This document shows positions 1 through 14,599 of a DNA stretch of 64,000 nt, one piece after another. Made by a program: the position numbers and the translations under genes. The notes under the pieces are model-generated. The model saw nothing but the letters and a program-made list of their open reading frames with translations. It was not told where the DNA came from and searched no databases. The stretch is from Eledone cirrhosa (taxonomy: Eukaryota), in assembly GCA_964016885.1 (NCBI GenBank), contig OZ024750.1, forward strand, positions 34,348,001-34,412,000. The letters are read 5' to 3'. Each line of letters opens with the position of its first letter. The first letter of the stretch is position 1.

Positions 1-3000
1 TATCCTAACATGGGCAGCTTGAGTCTTATCCTAACAAATGGGCAGCTTCAGTCTTATCCTAACACATGGGCAGCTTGAGTCTTATCCTAACACATGGACA
101 GCTTGAGTCTTATCCTAACATGGGCAGCTTGAGTCTTATCCTAACACATGGGCAGCTTCAGTCTTATCCTAACATGGGCAGCGCGAGTCTTATCCTAACA
201 CATGGGCAGCTTGAGTCTTATCCTAACACATGGGCAGCTTCAGTCTTATCCTAACATGGGCAGCTTGAGTCTTATCCTAACATGGGCAGCTTGAGTCTTA
301 TCCTAACATGGGCAGCGCGAGTCTTATCCTAACATGGGCAGCTTGAGTCTTATCCTAACACATGGGCAGCTTCAGTCTTATCCTAACATGGGCAGCTTGA
401 GTCTTATCCTAACACATGGGCAGCTTCAGTCTTATCCTAATATGGGCAGCGCGAGTCTTATCCTAACACATGGGCAGCTTGAGTCTTATCCTAACACATG
501 GGCAGCTTCAGTCTTATCCTAACATGGGCAGCGCGAGTCTTATCCTAACATGGGCAGCTTGAGTCTTATCCTAACACATGGGCAGCTTCAGTCTTATCCT
601 AACATGGGCAGCGCGAGTCTTATCCTAACACATGGGCAGCTTGAGTCTTTTCCTAACACATGGGCAGCTTCAGTCTTATCCTAACATGGGCAGCTTGAGT
701 CTTATCCTAACATGGGCAGCTTGATTCTTATCCTAACACATGGGCAGCTTGAGTCTTATCCTAACACATGGGCAGCTTGAGTCTTATCCTAACACATGGG
801 CAGCTTGAGTCTTATCCTAACACATGGGCAGCATGAGTCTTATCCTAACACATGGGCAGCTTGAGTCTTATCCTAACATGGGCAGCTTGAGTCTTATCCT
901 AACACATGGGCAGCTTGAGTCTTATCCTAACATGGGGAGCTTCAGTCTTATCCTAACACATGGGCAGCTTCAGTCTTATCCTAACATGGGCAGCTTCAGT
1001 CTTATCGTAACACATGGGCAGCTTCAGTATTATCCTAACTTGGGCAGCTTCAGTCTTATCCTAACACATGGGCAGCTTGAGTCTTATCCTAACACATGGG
1101 CAGCTTGAGTCTTATCCTAACATGGGCAGCTTGAGTCTTATCCTAACACATGGGCAGCTTGAGTCTTATCCTAACATGGGCAGCGCGAGTCTTATCCTAA
1201 CACATGGGCAGCTTGAGTCTTATCCTAACACATGGGCAGCTTGAGTCTTATCCTAACATGGGCAGCTTGAGTCTTATCCTAACACATGGGCAGCTTGAGT
1301 CTTATCCTAACATGGGCAGCTTGAGTCTTATCCTAACATGGGCAGCTTGAGTCTTATCCTAACACATGGGCAGCTTGAGTCTTATCCTAACACATGGGCA
1401 GCTTCAGTCTTATCCTAACACAAGGGCAGCTTGAGTCTTATCCTAACACATGGGCAGCTTGAGTCTTATCCTAACACATGGGCAGCTTCAGTCTTATCCT
1501 AACACATGGGCAGCTTGAGTCTTATCCTAACACATGGGCAGCTTGAGTCTTATCCTAACACATGGGCAGCTTGAGTCTTATCCTAACACATGGGAAGCTT
1601 CAGTCTTATCCTAACACATGGGCAGCTTGAGTCTTATCCTAACACAAGGGCAGCTTGAGTCTTATCCTAACACATGGGCAGCTTCAGTCTTATCCTAACA
1701 TGGACAGCTTGAGTCTTATCCTAACACATGGGCAGCATGAGTCTTATCCTAACACATGGGCAGCTTGAGTCTTATCCTAACACAAGGGCAGCATGAGTCT
1801 TATCCTAACACATGGGCAGCTTCAGTCTTATCCTAACACATGGGCAGCTTGAGTCTTATCCTAACACATGGGCAGCTTGAGTCTTATCCTAACACATGGG
1901 CAGCTTGAGTCTTATCCTAACACATGGGCAGCTTTAGTCTTATCCTAACACAAGGGCAGCATGAGTCTTATCCTAACACATGGGCAGCTTCAGTCTTATC
2001 CTAACACATGGGCAGCTTGAGTCTTATCCTAACACATGGGCAGCATGAGTCTTATCCTAACACAAGGGCAGCATGAGTCTTATCCTAACACAAGGGCAGC
2101 TTGAGTCTTATCCTAACACATGGGCAGCTTCAGTCTTATCCTAACACATGGGAAGCTTCAGTCTTATCCTAACACATGGGCAGCTTGAGTCTTATCCTAA
2201 CACAAGGGCAGCTTGAGTCTTATCCTAACACATGGGCAGCTTCAGTCTTATCCTAACATGGACAGCTTGAGTCTTATCCTAACACATGGGCAGCATGAGT
2301 CTTATCCTAACACATGGGCAGCTTGAGTCTTATCCTAACACAAGGGCAGCATGAGTCTTATCCTAACACATGGGCAGCTTCAGTCTTATCCTAACACATG
2401 GGCAGCTTGAGTCTTATCCTAACACATGGGCAGCATGAGTCTTATCCTAACACATGGGCAGCTTGAGTCTTATCCTAACACAAGGGCAGCATGAGTCTTA
2501 TCCTAACACATGGGCAGCTTCAGTCTTATCCTAACACATGGGCAGCTTGAGTCTTATCCTAACACATGGGCAGCATGAGTCTTATCCTAACACATGGGCA
2601 GCTTGAGTCTTATCCTAACACATGGGCAGCTTGAGTCTTATCCTAACATGGGCAGCTTGAGTCTTCTCCTAACATGGGCAGCTTCAGTCTTATCCTAACA
2701 TGGGCAGCTTCAGTCTTATCCTAACATGGGCAGCTTCAGTCTTATCCTAACACATGGGCAGCTTCAGTCTTATCCTAACATGGGCAGCTTGAGTCTTATC
2801 CTAACACATGGGCAGCTTCAGTCTTATCCTAACACATGGGCAGCTTGAGTCTTATCCTAACACATGGGCAGCTTGAGTCTTATCCTAACATGGGCAGCTT
2901 GAGTCTTATCCTAACATGGGCAGCTTGAGTCTTATCCTAACATGGGCAGCTTGAGTCTTATCCTAACATGGGCAGCTTCAGTCTTATCCTAACATGGGCA

Positions 3001-6000
3001 GCTTGAATCTTATCCTAACATGGGCAGCTTGAGTCCTATCCTAACATGGGCAGCTTGAGTCTTATCCTAACATGGGCAGCTTGAGTCTTATCCTAACATG
3101 GGCAGCTTGAGTCTTATCCTAACATGGGCAGCTTCAGTCTTATCCTAACATGGGCAGCTTGAGTCTTATCCTAACATGGGCAGCTTCAGTCTTATCCTAA
3201 CACATGGGCAGCTTCAGTCTTATCCTAACATGGGCAGCTTCAGTCTTATCCTAACATGGGCAGCTTCAGTCTTATCCTAACATGGGCAGCTTCAGTCTTA
3301 TCCTAACATGGGCAGCTTCAGTCTTATCCTAACATGGGCAGCTTCAGTCTTATCCTAACACATGGGCAGCTTCAGTCTTATCCTAACATGGGCAGCTTCA
3401 GTCTTATCCTAACATGGGCAGCTTGAGTCTTATCCTAACATGGGCAGCTTCAGTCTTATCCTAACATGGGCAGCTTGAGTCTTATCCTAACACATGGGCA
3501 GCTTCAGTCTTATCCTAACATGGGCAGCTTGAGTCTTATCCTAACATGGGCAGCTTGAGTCTTATCCTAACACATGGGCAGCTTGAGTCTTATCCTAACA
3601 CATGGGCAGCTTGAGTCTTATCCTAACATGGGCAGCTTGAGTCTTATCCTAACATGGGCAGCGCGAGTCTTATCCTAACACATGGGCAGCTTGAGTCTTA
3701 TCCTAACATGGGCAGCTTGAGTCTTATCCTAACACATGGGCAGCTTGAGTCTTATCCTAACACATGGGCAGCTTGAGTCTTATCCTAACACATGGGCAGC
3801 TTGAGTCTTATCCTAACACATGGGCAGCTTGAGTCTTATCCTAACATGGGCAGCTTGAGTCTTATCCTAACATGGGCAGCGTGAGTCTTATCCTAACATG
3901 GGCAGCTTGAGTCTTATCCTAACACATGGACAGCTTGAGTCTTATCCTAACACATGGGCAGCTTGAGTCTTATCCTAACACATGGGCAGCTTGAGTCTTA
4001 TCCTAACACATGGGCAGCTTGAGTCTTATCCTAACACAAGGGCAGCTTGAGTCTTATCCTAACACATGGGCAGCTTGAGTCTTATCCTAACACATGGGCA
4101 GCTTCAGTCTTATCCTAACACATGGGCAGCTTGAGTCTTATCCTAACATGGGCAGCTTGAGTCTTATCCTAACATGGGCAGCGCGAGTCTTATCCTAACA
4201 TGGGCAGCTTGAGTCTTATCCTAACACATGGGCAGCTTCAGTCTTATCCTAACATGCGCAGCTTGAGTCTTATCCTAACACATGGGCAGCTTCAGTCTTA
4301 TCCTAACATGGGCAGCGCGAGTCTTATCCTAACACATGGGCAGCTTGAGTCTTATCCTAACACATGGGCAGCTTCAGTCTTATCCTAACATGGGCAGCGC
4401 GAGTCTTATCCTAACATGGGCAGCTTGAGTCTTATCCTAACACATGGGCAGCTTCAGTCTTATCCTAACATGGGCAGCGCGAGTCTTGTCCTAACACATG
4501 GGCAGCTTGAGTCTTTTCCTAACACATGGGCAGCTTCAGTCTTATCCTAACATGGGCAGCTTGAGTATTATCCTAACATGGGCAGCTTGATTCTTATCCT
4601 AACACATGGGCAGCTTGAGTCTTATCCTAACACATGGGCAGCTTGAGTCTTATCCTAACACATGGGCAGCTTCAGTCTTATCCTAACACATGGGCAGCAA
4701 GAGTCTTATCCTAACACATGGGCAGCTTGAGTCTTATCCTAACATAGGCAGCTTGAGTCTTATCCTAACACATGGGCAGCTTGAGTCTTATCCTAACATG
4801 GGGAGCTTGAGTCTTATCCTAACACATGGGCAGCTGCAGTCTTATCCTAACATGGGCAGCTTCAGTCTTATCCTAACACATGGGCAGCTTGAGTCTTATC
4901 CTAACACATGGGCAGCTTGAGTCTTATCCTAACACATGGGCAGCTTGAGTCTTATCCTAACACATGGGCAGCTTGAGTCTTATCCTAACATGGGCAGCTT
5001 GAGTCTTATCCTAACACATGGGCAGCTTGAGTCTTATCCTAACATGGGCAGCGCGAGTCTTATCCTAACACATGGGCAGCTTGAGTCTTATCCTAACACA
5101 TGGGCAGCTTGAGTCTTATCCTAACATGGGCAGCTTGAGTCTTATCCTAACACATGGGCAGCTTGAGTCTTATCCTAACATGGGCAGCTTGAGTCTTATC
5201 CTAACATGGGCAGCGCGAGTCTTATCCTAACACATGGGCAGCTTGAGTCTTATCCTAACATGGGCAGCTTGAGTCTTATCCTAACATGGGCAGCGCGAGT
5301 CTTATCCTAACACATGGGCAGCTTGAGTCTTATCCTAACACATGGGCAGCTTCAGTCTTATCCTAACACAAGGGCAGCTTGAGTCTTATCCTAACACATG
5401 GGCAGCTTGAGTCTTATCCTAACACATGGGCAGCTTGAGTCTTATCCTAACACATGGGCAGCTTCAGTCTTATCCTAACACAAGGGCAGCTTGAGTCTTA
5501 TCCTAACACATGGGCAGCTTCAGTCTTATCCTAACACATGCGCAGCTTGAGTCTTATCCTAACACATGGGCAGCTTCAGTCTTATCCTAACACATGGGCA
5601 GCTTGAGTCTTATCCTAACACATGGGCAGCTTCAGTCTTATCCTAACACATGGGCAGCTTGAGTCTTATCCTAACACATGGGCAGCTTCAGTCTTATCCT
5701 AACACATGGGCAGCTTGAGTCTTATCCTAACATGGGCAGCTTGAGTCTTATCCTAACATGGGCAGCGCGAGTCTTATCCTAACACAAGGGCAGCTTCAGT
5801 CTTATCCTAACACATGGGCAGCTTGAGTCTTATCCTAACACAAGGGCAGCTTGAGTCTTATCCTAACACATGGGCAGCTTCAGTCTAATCCTAACACATG
5901 GGCAGCTTGAGTCTTATCCTAACACATGGGCAGCTTCAGTCTTATCCTAACACATGGGCAGCTTTAGTCTTATCCTAACACATGGGCAGCTTGAGTCTTA

Positions 6001-9000
6001 TCCTAACATGGGCAGCTTGAGTCTTATCCTAACATGGGCAGCTTGAGTCTTATCCTAACACATGGGCAGCTTGAGTCTTATCCTAACACAAGGGCAGCTT
6101 GAGTCTTATCCTAACACATGGGCAGCTTCAGTCTTATCCTAACACATGGGCAGCTTGAGTCTTATCCTAACACATGGGCAGCTTGAGTCTTATCCTAACA
6201 TGGGCAGCTTGTGTCTTATCCTAACATGGGCAGCGCGAGTCTTATCCTAACATGGGCAGCTTGAGTCTTATCCTAACACATGGGCAGCATGAGTCTTATC
6301 CTAACATGGGCAGCTTGAGTCTTATCCTAACACATGGGCAGCTTGAGTCTTATCCTAACATGGGCAGCTTGAGTCTTATCCTAACACATGGGCAGCTTCA
6401 GTCTTATCCTAACACATGGGCAGCTTGAGTCTTATCCTAACACATGGGCAGCTTGAGTCTTATCCTAACATGGGCAGCTTGAGTCTTATCCTAACACATG
6501 GGCAGCTTGAGTCTTATCCTAACACATGGGCAGCTTGAGTCTTATCCTAACATGGGCAGCTTGAGTCTTATCCTAACACATGGGCAGCTTGAGTCTTATC
6601 CTAACACATGGGCAGCTTGAGTCTTATCCTAACACATGGGCAGCTTGAGTCTTATCCTAACATGGGCAGCTTGAGTCTTATCCTAACACATGGGCAGCTT
6701 CAGTCTTATCCTAACATGGGCAGCTTGAGTCTTATCCTAACATGGGCAGCTTGAGTCTTATCCTAACACATGGGCAGCTTCAGTCTTATCCTAACACATG
6801 GGCAGCTTGAGTCTTATCCTAACACATGGGCAGCTTGAGTCTTATCCTAACATGGGCAGCTTGAGTCTTATCCTAACATGGGCAGCTTGAGTCTTATCCT
6901 AACAAATGGGCAGCTTCAGTCTTATCCTAACACATGGGCAGCTTGAGTCTTATCCTAACACATGGACAGCTTGAGTCTTATCCTAACATGGGCAGGTTGA
7001 GTCTTATCCTAACACATGGGCAGCTTCAGTCTTATCCTAACATGGGCAGCTTGAGTCTTATCCTAACATGGGCAGCTTGAGTCTTATCCTAACATGGGCA
7101 GCTTGAGTCTTATCCTAACATGGGCAGCTTGAGTCTTATCCTAACACATGGGCAGCTTGAGTCTTATCCTAACATGGGCAGCTTGAGTCTTATCCTAACA
7201 TGGGCAGCTTGAGTCTTATCCTAACATGGGCAGCTTGAATCTTATCCTAACACATGGGCAGCTTGAGCCTTATCCTAACATGGGCAGCTTGAGTCTTATC
7301 CTAACACATGGGCAGCTTGAGTCTTATCCAAACACATGGGCAGCTTCAGTCTTATCATAACACAAGGGCAGCTTGAGTCTTATCCTAACAATGGGCAACT
7401 TGAGTCTTATCCTAACACATGGGCAGCTTCAGTCTTATCCTAACACATGGGCAGCTTGAGTCTTATCCTAACACATGGGCAGCTTAAGTCTTATCCTAAC
7501 ACAAGGGCAGCATGAGTCTTATCCTAACACATGGGCAGCTTGAGTCTTATCCTAACACATGGGAAGCTTCAGTCTTATCCTAACACATGGGCGGCTTGAG
7601 TCTTATCCTAACCCAAGGGCAGCTTGAGTCTTATCCTAACACATGGGCAGCTTGAGTCTTATCCTAACACAAGGGCAGCATGAGTCTTATCCTAACACAT
7701 GGGCAGCTTGAGTCTTATCCTAACACATGGGCAGCTTGAGTCTTATCCTAACACATGGGCAGCTTGAGTCTTATCCTAACACAAGGGCAGCTTGAGTCTT
7801 ATCCTAACACATGGGCAGCTTGAGTCTTATCCTAACACATGGGCAGCATGAGTCTTATCCTAACACATGGGCAGCTTGAGTCTTATCCTAACACATGGGC
7901 AGCATGAGTCTTATCCCAACACATGGGCAGCATGAGTCTTATCCTAACACATGGGCAGCTTGAGTCTTATCCTAACACATGGGCAGCATGAGTCTTATCC
8001 TAACACAAGGGCAGCATGAGTCTTATCCTAACACATGGGCAGCTTCAGTCTTATCCTAACACATGGGCAGCTTGAGTCTTATCCTAACACATGGGCAGCA
8101 TGAGTCTTATCCTAACACATGGGCAGCTTGAGTCTTATCCTAACACATGGGCAGCATGAGTCTTATCCTAACACAAGGGCAGCATGAGTCTTATCCTAAC
8201 ACATGGGCAGCTTGAGTCTTATCCTAACACAAGGGCAGCATGAGTCTTATCCTAACACATGGGCAGCATGAGTCTTATCCTAACACATGGGCAGCATGAG
8301 TCTTATCCTAACACATGGGCAGCTTGAGTCTTATCCTAACACATGGGCAGCATGAGTCTTATCCTAACACATGGGCAGCTTGAGTCTTATCCTAACACAT
8401 GGGCAGTTTGAGTCTTATCCTAACACAAGGGCAGCATGAGTCTTATCCTAACACATGGGCAGCTTCAGTCTTATCCTAACACAAGGGCAGCATGAATCTT
8501 ATCCTAACACATGGGCAGCTTGAGTCTTATCCTAACACAAGGGCAGCATGAGTCTTATCCTAACACATGGGCAGCATGAGTCTTATCCTAACACATGGGC
8601 AGCATGAGTCTTATCCTAACACATGGGCAGCTTCAGTCTTATCCTAACACAAGGGCAGCATGAGTCTTATCCTAACACATGGTCAGCTCGAGTCTTATCC
8701 TAACACATGGGCAGCTTGAGTCTTATCCTAACACATGGGCAGCTTGAGTCTTATCCTAACATGGGCAGCTAGAGTCTTATCCTAACATGGGCAGCTTCAG
8801 TCTTATCCTAACATGGGCAGCTTGAGTCTTATCCTAACATGGGCAGCTTCAGTCTTATCCTAACATGGGCAGCTTCAGTCTTATCCTAACATGGGCAGCT
8901 TCAGTCTTATCCTAACATGGGCAGCTTGAGTCTTATCCTAACATGGGCAGCTTCAGTCTTATCCTAACATGGGCAGCTTGAGTCTTATCCTAACATGGGC

Positions 9001-11916
9001 AGCTTGAGTCTTATCCTAACATGGGCAGCTTGAGTCTTATCCTAACATGGGCAGCTTCAGTCTTATCCTAACATGGGCAGCTTGAGTCTTATCCTAACAT
9101 GGGCAGCTTCAGTCTTATCCTAACACATGCGCAGCTTCAGTCTTATCCTAACATGGGCAGCTTGAGTCTTATCGTAACACATGGGCAGCTTCAGTCTTAT
9201 CCTAACACATGGGCAGCTTGAGTCTTATCCTAACACATGGGCAGCTTGAGTCTTATCCTAACATGGGCAGCTTGAGTCTTATCCTAACATGGGCAGCTTG
9301 AGTCTTATCCTAACATGGGCAGCTTCAGTCTTATCCTAACATGGGCAGCTTGAGTCTTATCCTAACATGGGCAGCTTCAGTCTTATCCAAACACATGGGC
9401 AGCTTCAGTCTTATCCTAACATGGGCAGCTTCAGTCTTATCCTAACATGGGCAGCTTGAGTCTTATCCTAACATGGGCAGCTTCAGTCTTATCCTAACAT
9501 GGGCAGCTTGAGTCTTATCCTAACATGGGCAGCTTCAGTCTTATCCTAACACATGGGCAGCTTCAGTCTTATCCTAACATGGGCAGCTTCAGTCTTATCC
9601 TAACATGGGCAGCTTGAGTCTTATCCTAACATGGGCAGCTTCAGTCTAATCCTAACATGGGCAGCTTGAGTCTTATCCTAACATGGGCAGCTTCAGTCTT
9701 ATCCTAACACATGGGCAGCTTCAGTCTTATCCTAACATGGGCAGCTTGAGTCTTATCCTAACATGGGCAGCTTGAGTCTTATCCTAACACATGGGCAGCT
9801 TCAGTCTTATCCTAACACATGGGCAGCTTCAGTCTTATCCTAACATGGGCAGCTTCAGTCTTATCCTAACACAAGGGCAGCTTGAGTCTTATCCTAACAT
9901 GGGCAGCTTGAGTCTTATCCTAACACATGGGCAGCTTGAGTCTTATCCTAACACATGGGCAGCTTGAGTCTTATCCTAACATGGGCAGCTTGAGTCTTAT
10001 CATAACACAAGGGCAGCTTGGGTCTTATCCTAACATGGGCAGCTTCAGTCTTATCCTAACACAAGGGCAGCTTCAGTCTTATCCTAACATGGGCAGCTTG
10101 AGTCTTATCCTAACATGGGCAGCTTCAGTCTTATCCTAACATGGGCAGCTTGAGTCTTATCCTAACATGGGCAGCTTGAGTCTTATCCTAACATAGGCAG
10201 CTTCAGTCTTATCCTAACATGGGCAGCTTGAGTCTTATCCTAACATGGGCAGCTTGAGTCTTATCCTAACATGGGCAGCTTCAGTCTTATCCTAACATGG
10301 GCAGCTTCAGTCTTATCCTAACATGGGCAGCTTGAGTCTTATCCTAACATGGGCAGCTTCAGTCTTATCCTAACATGGGCAGCTTGAGTCTTGTCCTAAC
10401 ATGAGCAGCTTCAGTCTTATCCTAACATGGGCAGCTTCAGTCTTATCCTAACATGGGCAGCTTGAGTCTTATCCTAACATGGGCAGCTTGAGTCTTATCC
10501 TAACATGGGCAGCTTGAGTCTTATCCTAACATGGGCAGCTTCAGTCTTATCCTAACATGGGCAGCTTCAGTCTTATCCTAACATGGGCAGCTTCAGTCTT
10601 ATCCTAACATGGGCAGCTTCAGTCTTATCCTAACATGGGCAGCTTGAGTCTTATCCTAACATGGGCAGCTTGAGTCTTATCCTAACATGGGCAGCTTGAG
10701 TCTTATCCTAACATGGGCAGCTTCAGTCTTATCCTAACATGGGCAGCTTGAGTCTTATCCTAACATGGGCAGCTTGAGTCTTATCCTAACATGGGCAGCT
10801 TGAGTCTTATCCTAACATGGGCAGCTTCAGTCTTATCCTAACATGGGCAGCTTCAGTCTTATCCTAACATGGGCAGCTTCAGTCTTATCCTAACATGGGC
10901 AGCTTCAGTCTTATCCTAACATGGGCAGCTTCAGTCTTATCCTAACATGGGCAGCTTCAGTCTTATCCTAACATGGGCAGCTTGAGTCTTATCCTAACAT
11001 GGGCAGCTTGAGTCTTATCCTAACATGGGCAGCTTGAGTCTTATCCTAACATGGGCAGCTTGAGTCTTATCCTAACATGGGCAGCTTCAGTCTTATCCTA
11101 ACATGGGCAGCTTGAGTCTTATCCTAACATGGGCAGCTTCAGTCTTATCCTAACATGGGCAGCTTCAGTCTTATCCTAACATGGGCAGCTTCAGTCTTAT
11201 CCTAACACATGGGCAGCTTGAGTCTTATCCTAACACATGGGCAGCTTGAGTCTTATCCTAACACATGGGCAGCTTGAGTCTTATCCTAACACATGGGCAG
11301 CTTCAGTCTTATCCTAACACATGGGCAGCTTCAGTCTTATCCTAACATGGGCAGCTTGAGTCTTATCCTAACATGGGCAGCGCGAGTCTTATCCTAACAC
11401 ATGGGCAGCTTGAGTCTTATCCTAACATGGGCAGCTTGAGTCTTATCCTAACATGGGCAGCGCGAGTCTTATCCTAACACATGGGCAGCTTGAGTCTTAT
11501 CCTAACACATGGGCAGCTTCAGTCTTATCCTAACATGGGCAGCTTGAGTCTTATCCTAACACATAGGCAGCTTGAGTCTTATCCTAACACATGGGGAGCT
11601 TGAGTCTTATCCTAACACATGGGCAGCTTGAGTCTTATCCTAACACATGGGCAGCTTCAGTCTTATCCTAACATGGGCAGCTTGAGTCTTATCCTAACAT
11701 GGGCAGCGCGAGTCTTATCCTAACACATGGGCAGCTTGAGTCTTATCCTAACATGGGCAGCTTGAGTCTTATCCTAAAATGGGCAGCTTGAGTCTTATCC
11801 TAACACATGGGCAGCTTCAGTCTTATCCTAACACATGGGCAGCTTGAGTCTTATCCTAACACATGGGCAGCTTGAGTCTTATCCTAACACAAGGGCAGCT
11901 TGAGTCTTATCCTAAC
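1..11916. repeat. Tandem satellite, 26/28-bp unit ATGGGCAGCTT(G/C)AGTCTTATCCTAAC(AC); runs off the left edge of the window
   Basis: Uninterrupted near-identical units that differ by +/-AC and by TTG/TTC/ATG/GCG variants; ends at ...cctaac|gttactgc. Confidence 0.98.
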
Positions 11917-12153
11917 GTTACTGCACTGTAAACCTGAAGAGCAACATACTTTAGTGGAGTCTTGAGTGTCAGAGCAGCTCTTTTTGTGGATATACAGCTC
12001 ACCCATACCACATGGGAAGGGTCTAGAAAAGGTGACCTAAGCAGACCCTGACCAGTCACCAAGTTGGTCAGCAGCCTGTAGTTGGTGGCGGTTCATAATG
12101 GCGGGGAATTTGTTGACGAGATGGCTATCTTCTGTAGAGAAATGGCAGTTATC

Positions 12154-12302
12154 ATATATATGTATATATATATATATATATGTGTGTGCGTGTGTGTGTA
12201 TATATATATATGTATATGTGTGTGTGTATATATATGTATATGTGTGTGTGTATATATATATATATGTGTGCGTGTGTGTATATATATGTATATGGGTGTG
12301 TG

Positions 12303-12338
<36 letters not shown>
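12154..12338. repeat. (TA)n/(TG)n microsatellite
   Basis: Directly visible. Confidence 0.95.
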
Positions 12339-12339
<1 letters not shown>

Positions 12340-12415
12340 CGAAGGAAATGTGGTAAGGAACCAGGTGGACCATAACGCACCAAAGTACTCAATACTTAGG
12401 GTAGTAGAGTGGGTA

Positions 12416-12540
12416 ATAGGAACAAGTAAGACCCCGACGGCTGAGCTCAAGCCGTTTCGAGGGCTAATTCTGGACGGCTAATTCTGTCCAGAATTAGCCG
12501 TCGAAACGGCTTGAGCGCAGCCGTCGGGGTCTTACTTGTT

Positions 12541-12545
<5 letters not shown>
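12416..12545. mobile_element. Fold-back inverted repeat carrying the 3' half of a hammerhead-like motif; probable Penelope-like pLTR remnant
   Basis: Arm ATAGGAACAAGTAAGACCCCGACGGCTGAGCTCAAGCCGTTTCGA is mirrored by TCGAAACGGCTTGAGCGCAGCCGTCGGGGTCTTACTTGTTCCTAT. The central hairpin GACGGCTAATTCTG-TC-CAGAATTAGCCGTC is followed by GAAA. Adjoins (TA)n. Confidence 0.6.
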
Positions 12546-12569
<24 letters not shown>

Positions 12570-12574
<5 letters not shown>

Positions 12575-12759
12575 GCCGTGTAGGTAACATGGTAAAAACC
12601 TCCCAGTCCACACTGTAGACGTGGTTGCTGTTAGGAAGGGCATCCAGCTGTAGAAAACCCGCCAGACAGTCCTATACGAGCAAGACAACCAATCTTGCCT
12701 CAAGTGGGAAAACTCCCGTCCAAACCCATGCAAGCATAGAAAATTGACGTTAAACGATG

Positions 12760-12765
<6 letters not shown>
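12570..12765 (+). mobile_element. RTE LINE family A, 3' UTR fragment
   Basis: Matches 32223-32430 (GTGGCCGTGTAGG...AGGAAGGGCATCCAGCTGTAGAAAACC...GACGTTAAACGATGATGAT). Confidence 0.85.
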
Positions 12766-12824
<59 letters not shown>

Positions 12825-13963
12825 GTATATATATATCTATGATATATATATATATATGTATATATATATCTATGTATATATAGATATAGATACATATACA
12901 TAGATATATATATATGTATATATATATACATAGATATATATATATGTATATATATATATATATCATAGATATATATATATATCTATATGTATATATCTAT
13001 ATATATGTATATATGCATATATATATGTATGTATATATATATAGGTATATATATATATATATATATAGGTATGTATATATATATATAGGTATGTATATAT
13101 ATATATATAGGTATGTATATATATATATATATAGGTATGTATATATATATATAGGTATGTATATATATATATATAGGTATGTATATATATATATATATAT
13201 ATATAGGTATATATATATATATATAGGTACGTATATATATATATATATAGGTATGTATATATATATATATAGGTATGTATATATATATATATATATATAG
13301 GTATGTATATATATATATATAGGTATGTATATATATATATATATAGGTATGTATATATATATATATATATATAGGTATGTATATATATATATAGGTATGT
13401 ATATATATATATAGGTATGTATATATATATATATAGGTATGTATATATATATATATAGGTATGTATATATATATATAGCTATATATATAGGTATATATAT
13501 ATATGTATATATGTATATATATGTATATACATGTATATATATGTATATATATGTATATATATCTATATATATGTATATATATCTATATATATGTATATAT
13601 ATCTATATATATGTATATATATGTATATATATCTATATATATCTATATATATGTATATATATCTATATATATCTATATATATGTATATATATCTATGTAT
13701 ATGTATATATATCTATATATATGTATATGTATATCTATATATATGTATATGTATATCTATATATATGTATATGTATATCTATATATATGTATATGTATAT
13801 CTATATATATGTATATATCTATATATATGTATATATACCTATATATATGTATATATCTATATATATGTGTATATATCATCATCATCGTTTAACGTCCATG
13901 ATGATGATGATATATATACATATATATAATATATATATACACATATATATATAGATATACACA

Positions 13964-14009
<46 letters not shown>

Positions 14010-14016
14010 CGTGTGT
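12766..14016. repeat. Long compound (TA)n/TATG/TAGG microsatellite
   Basis: Directly visible; includes a short CATCATCGTTTAACGTCCATG RTE-tail remnant near 13877. Confidence 0.95.
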
Positions 14017-14409
14017 GATATAAAGGAAAGGAAGTAAATTACTAAGATACTTTAAAAGTAACAGGTTATGGAAAGTAATACCAAAATTATCATGGACAAA
14101 TAAACACTTATTAGTTCAGTGTTCATATTGAATACAGCAATTTCTCTTTTTTCTCAGTAATATCTCGTGATTAAATGTTCAGAATAGTTTGTAATATCTA
14201 AAAATATTTCTAATAAATATTCATTGTAACCTTGTGTGACTATAAACGTTATACAAGCTTGGAAAAGCATGGACAGAATATTTTGTCTCTCCAAAAATTC
14301 AATTATCAATTATTTGTTTTAACAGATCAATCATTTTCTATTTTGATTATCATTGTAGTATATGTATTTCATGTATCTCCCAACTCTGATATGTGTGTCC
14401 TATGTTGAT

Positions 14410-14590
14410 AAAGAACCATATCTAATAGGACATATATAAAGAACTATACATAATAGGACAAGATATATAAAGAACTATACATAATAGGACAAGATATATA
14501 AAGAACTATACATAATGGGACAAGATATATAAAGAACTAACTACACATAACAGGACATGATATATAAAGAACTATACACAATAGGACATC
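14410..14590. repeat. ~30-bp minisatellite GATATATAAAGAACTATACATAATAGGACAA
   Basis: About 5-6 tandem copies. Confidence 0.85.
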
Positions 14591-14599
14591 ATATATATT

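Noticed and set aside
1-11916. CRISPR array or telomeric repeat (the unit contains CCTAAC / GTTAGG)
   Set aside because: There are no unique spacers and no cas genes. Only one TTAGG word occurs per unit, not tandem telomere repeats.
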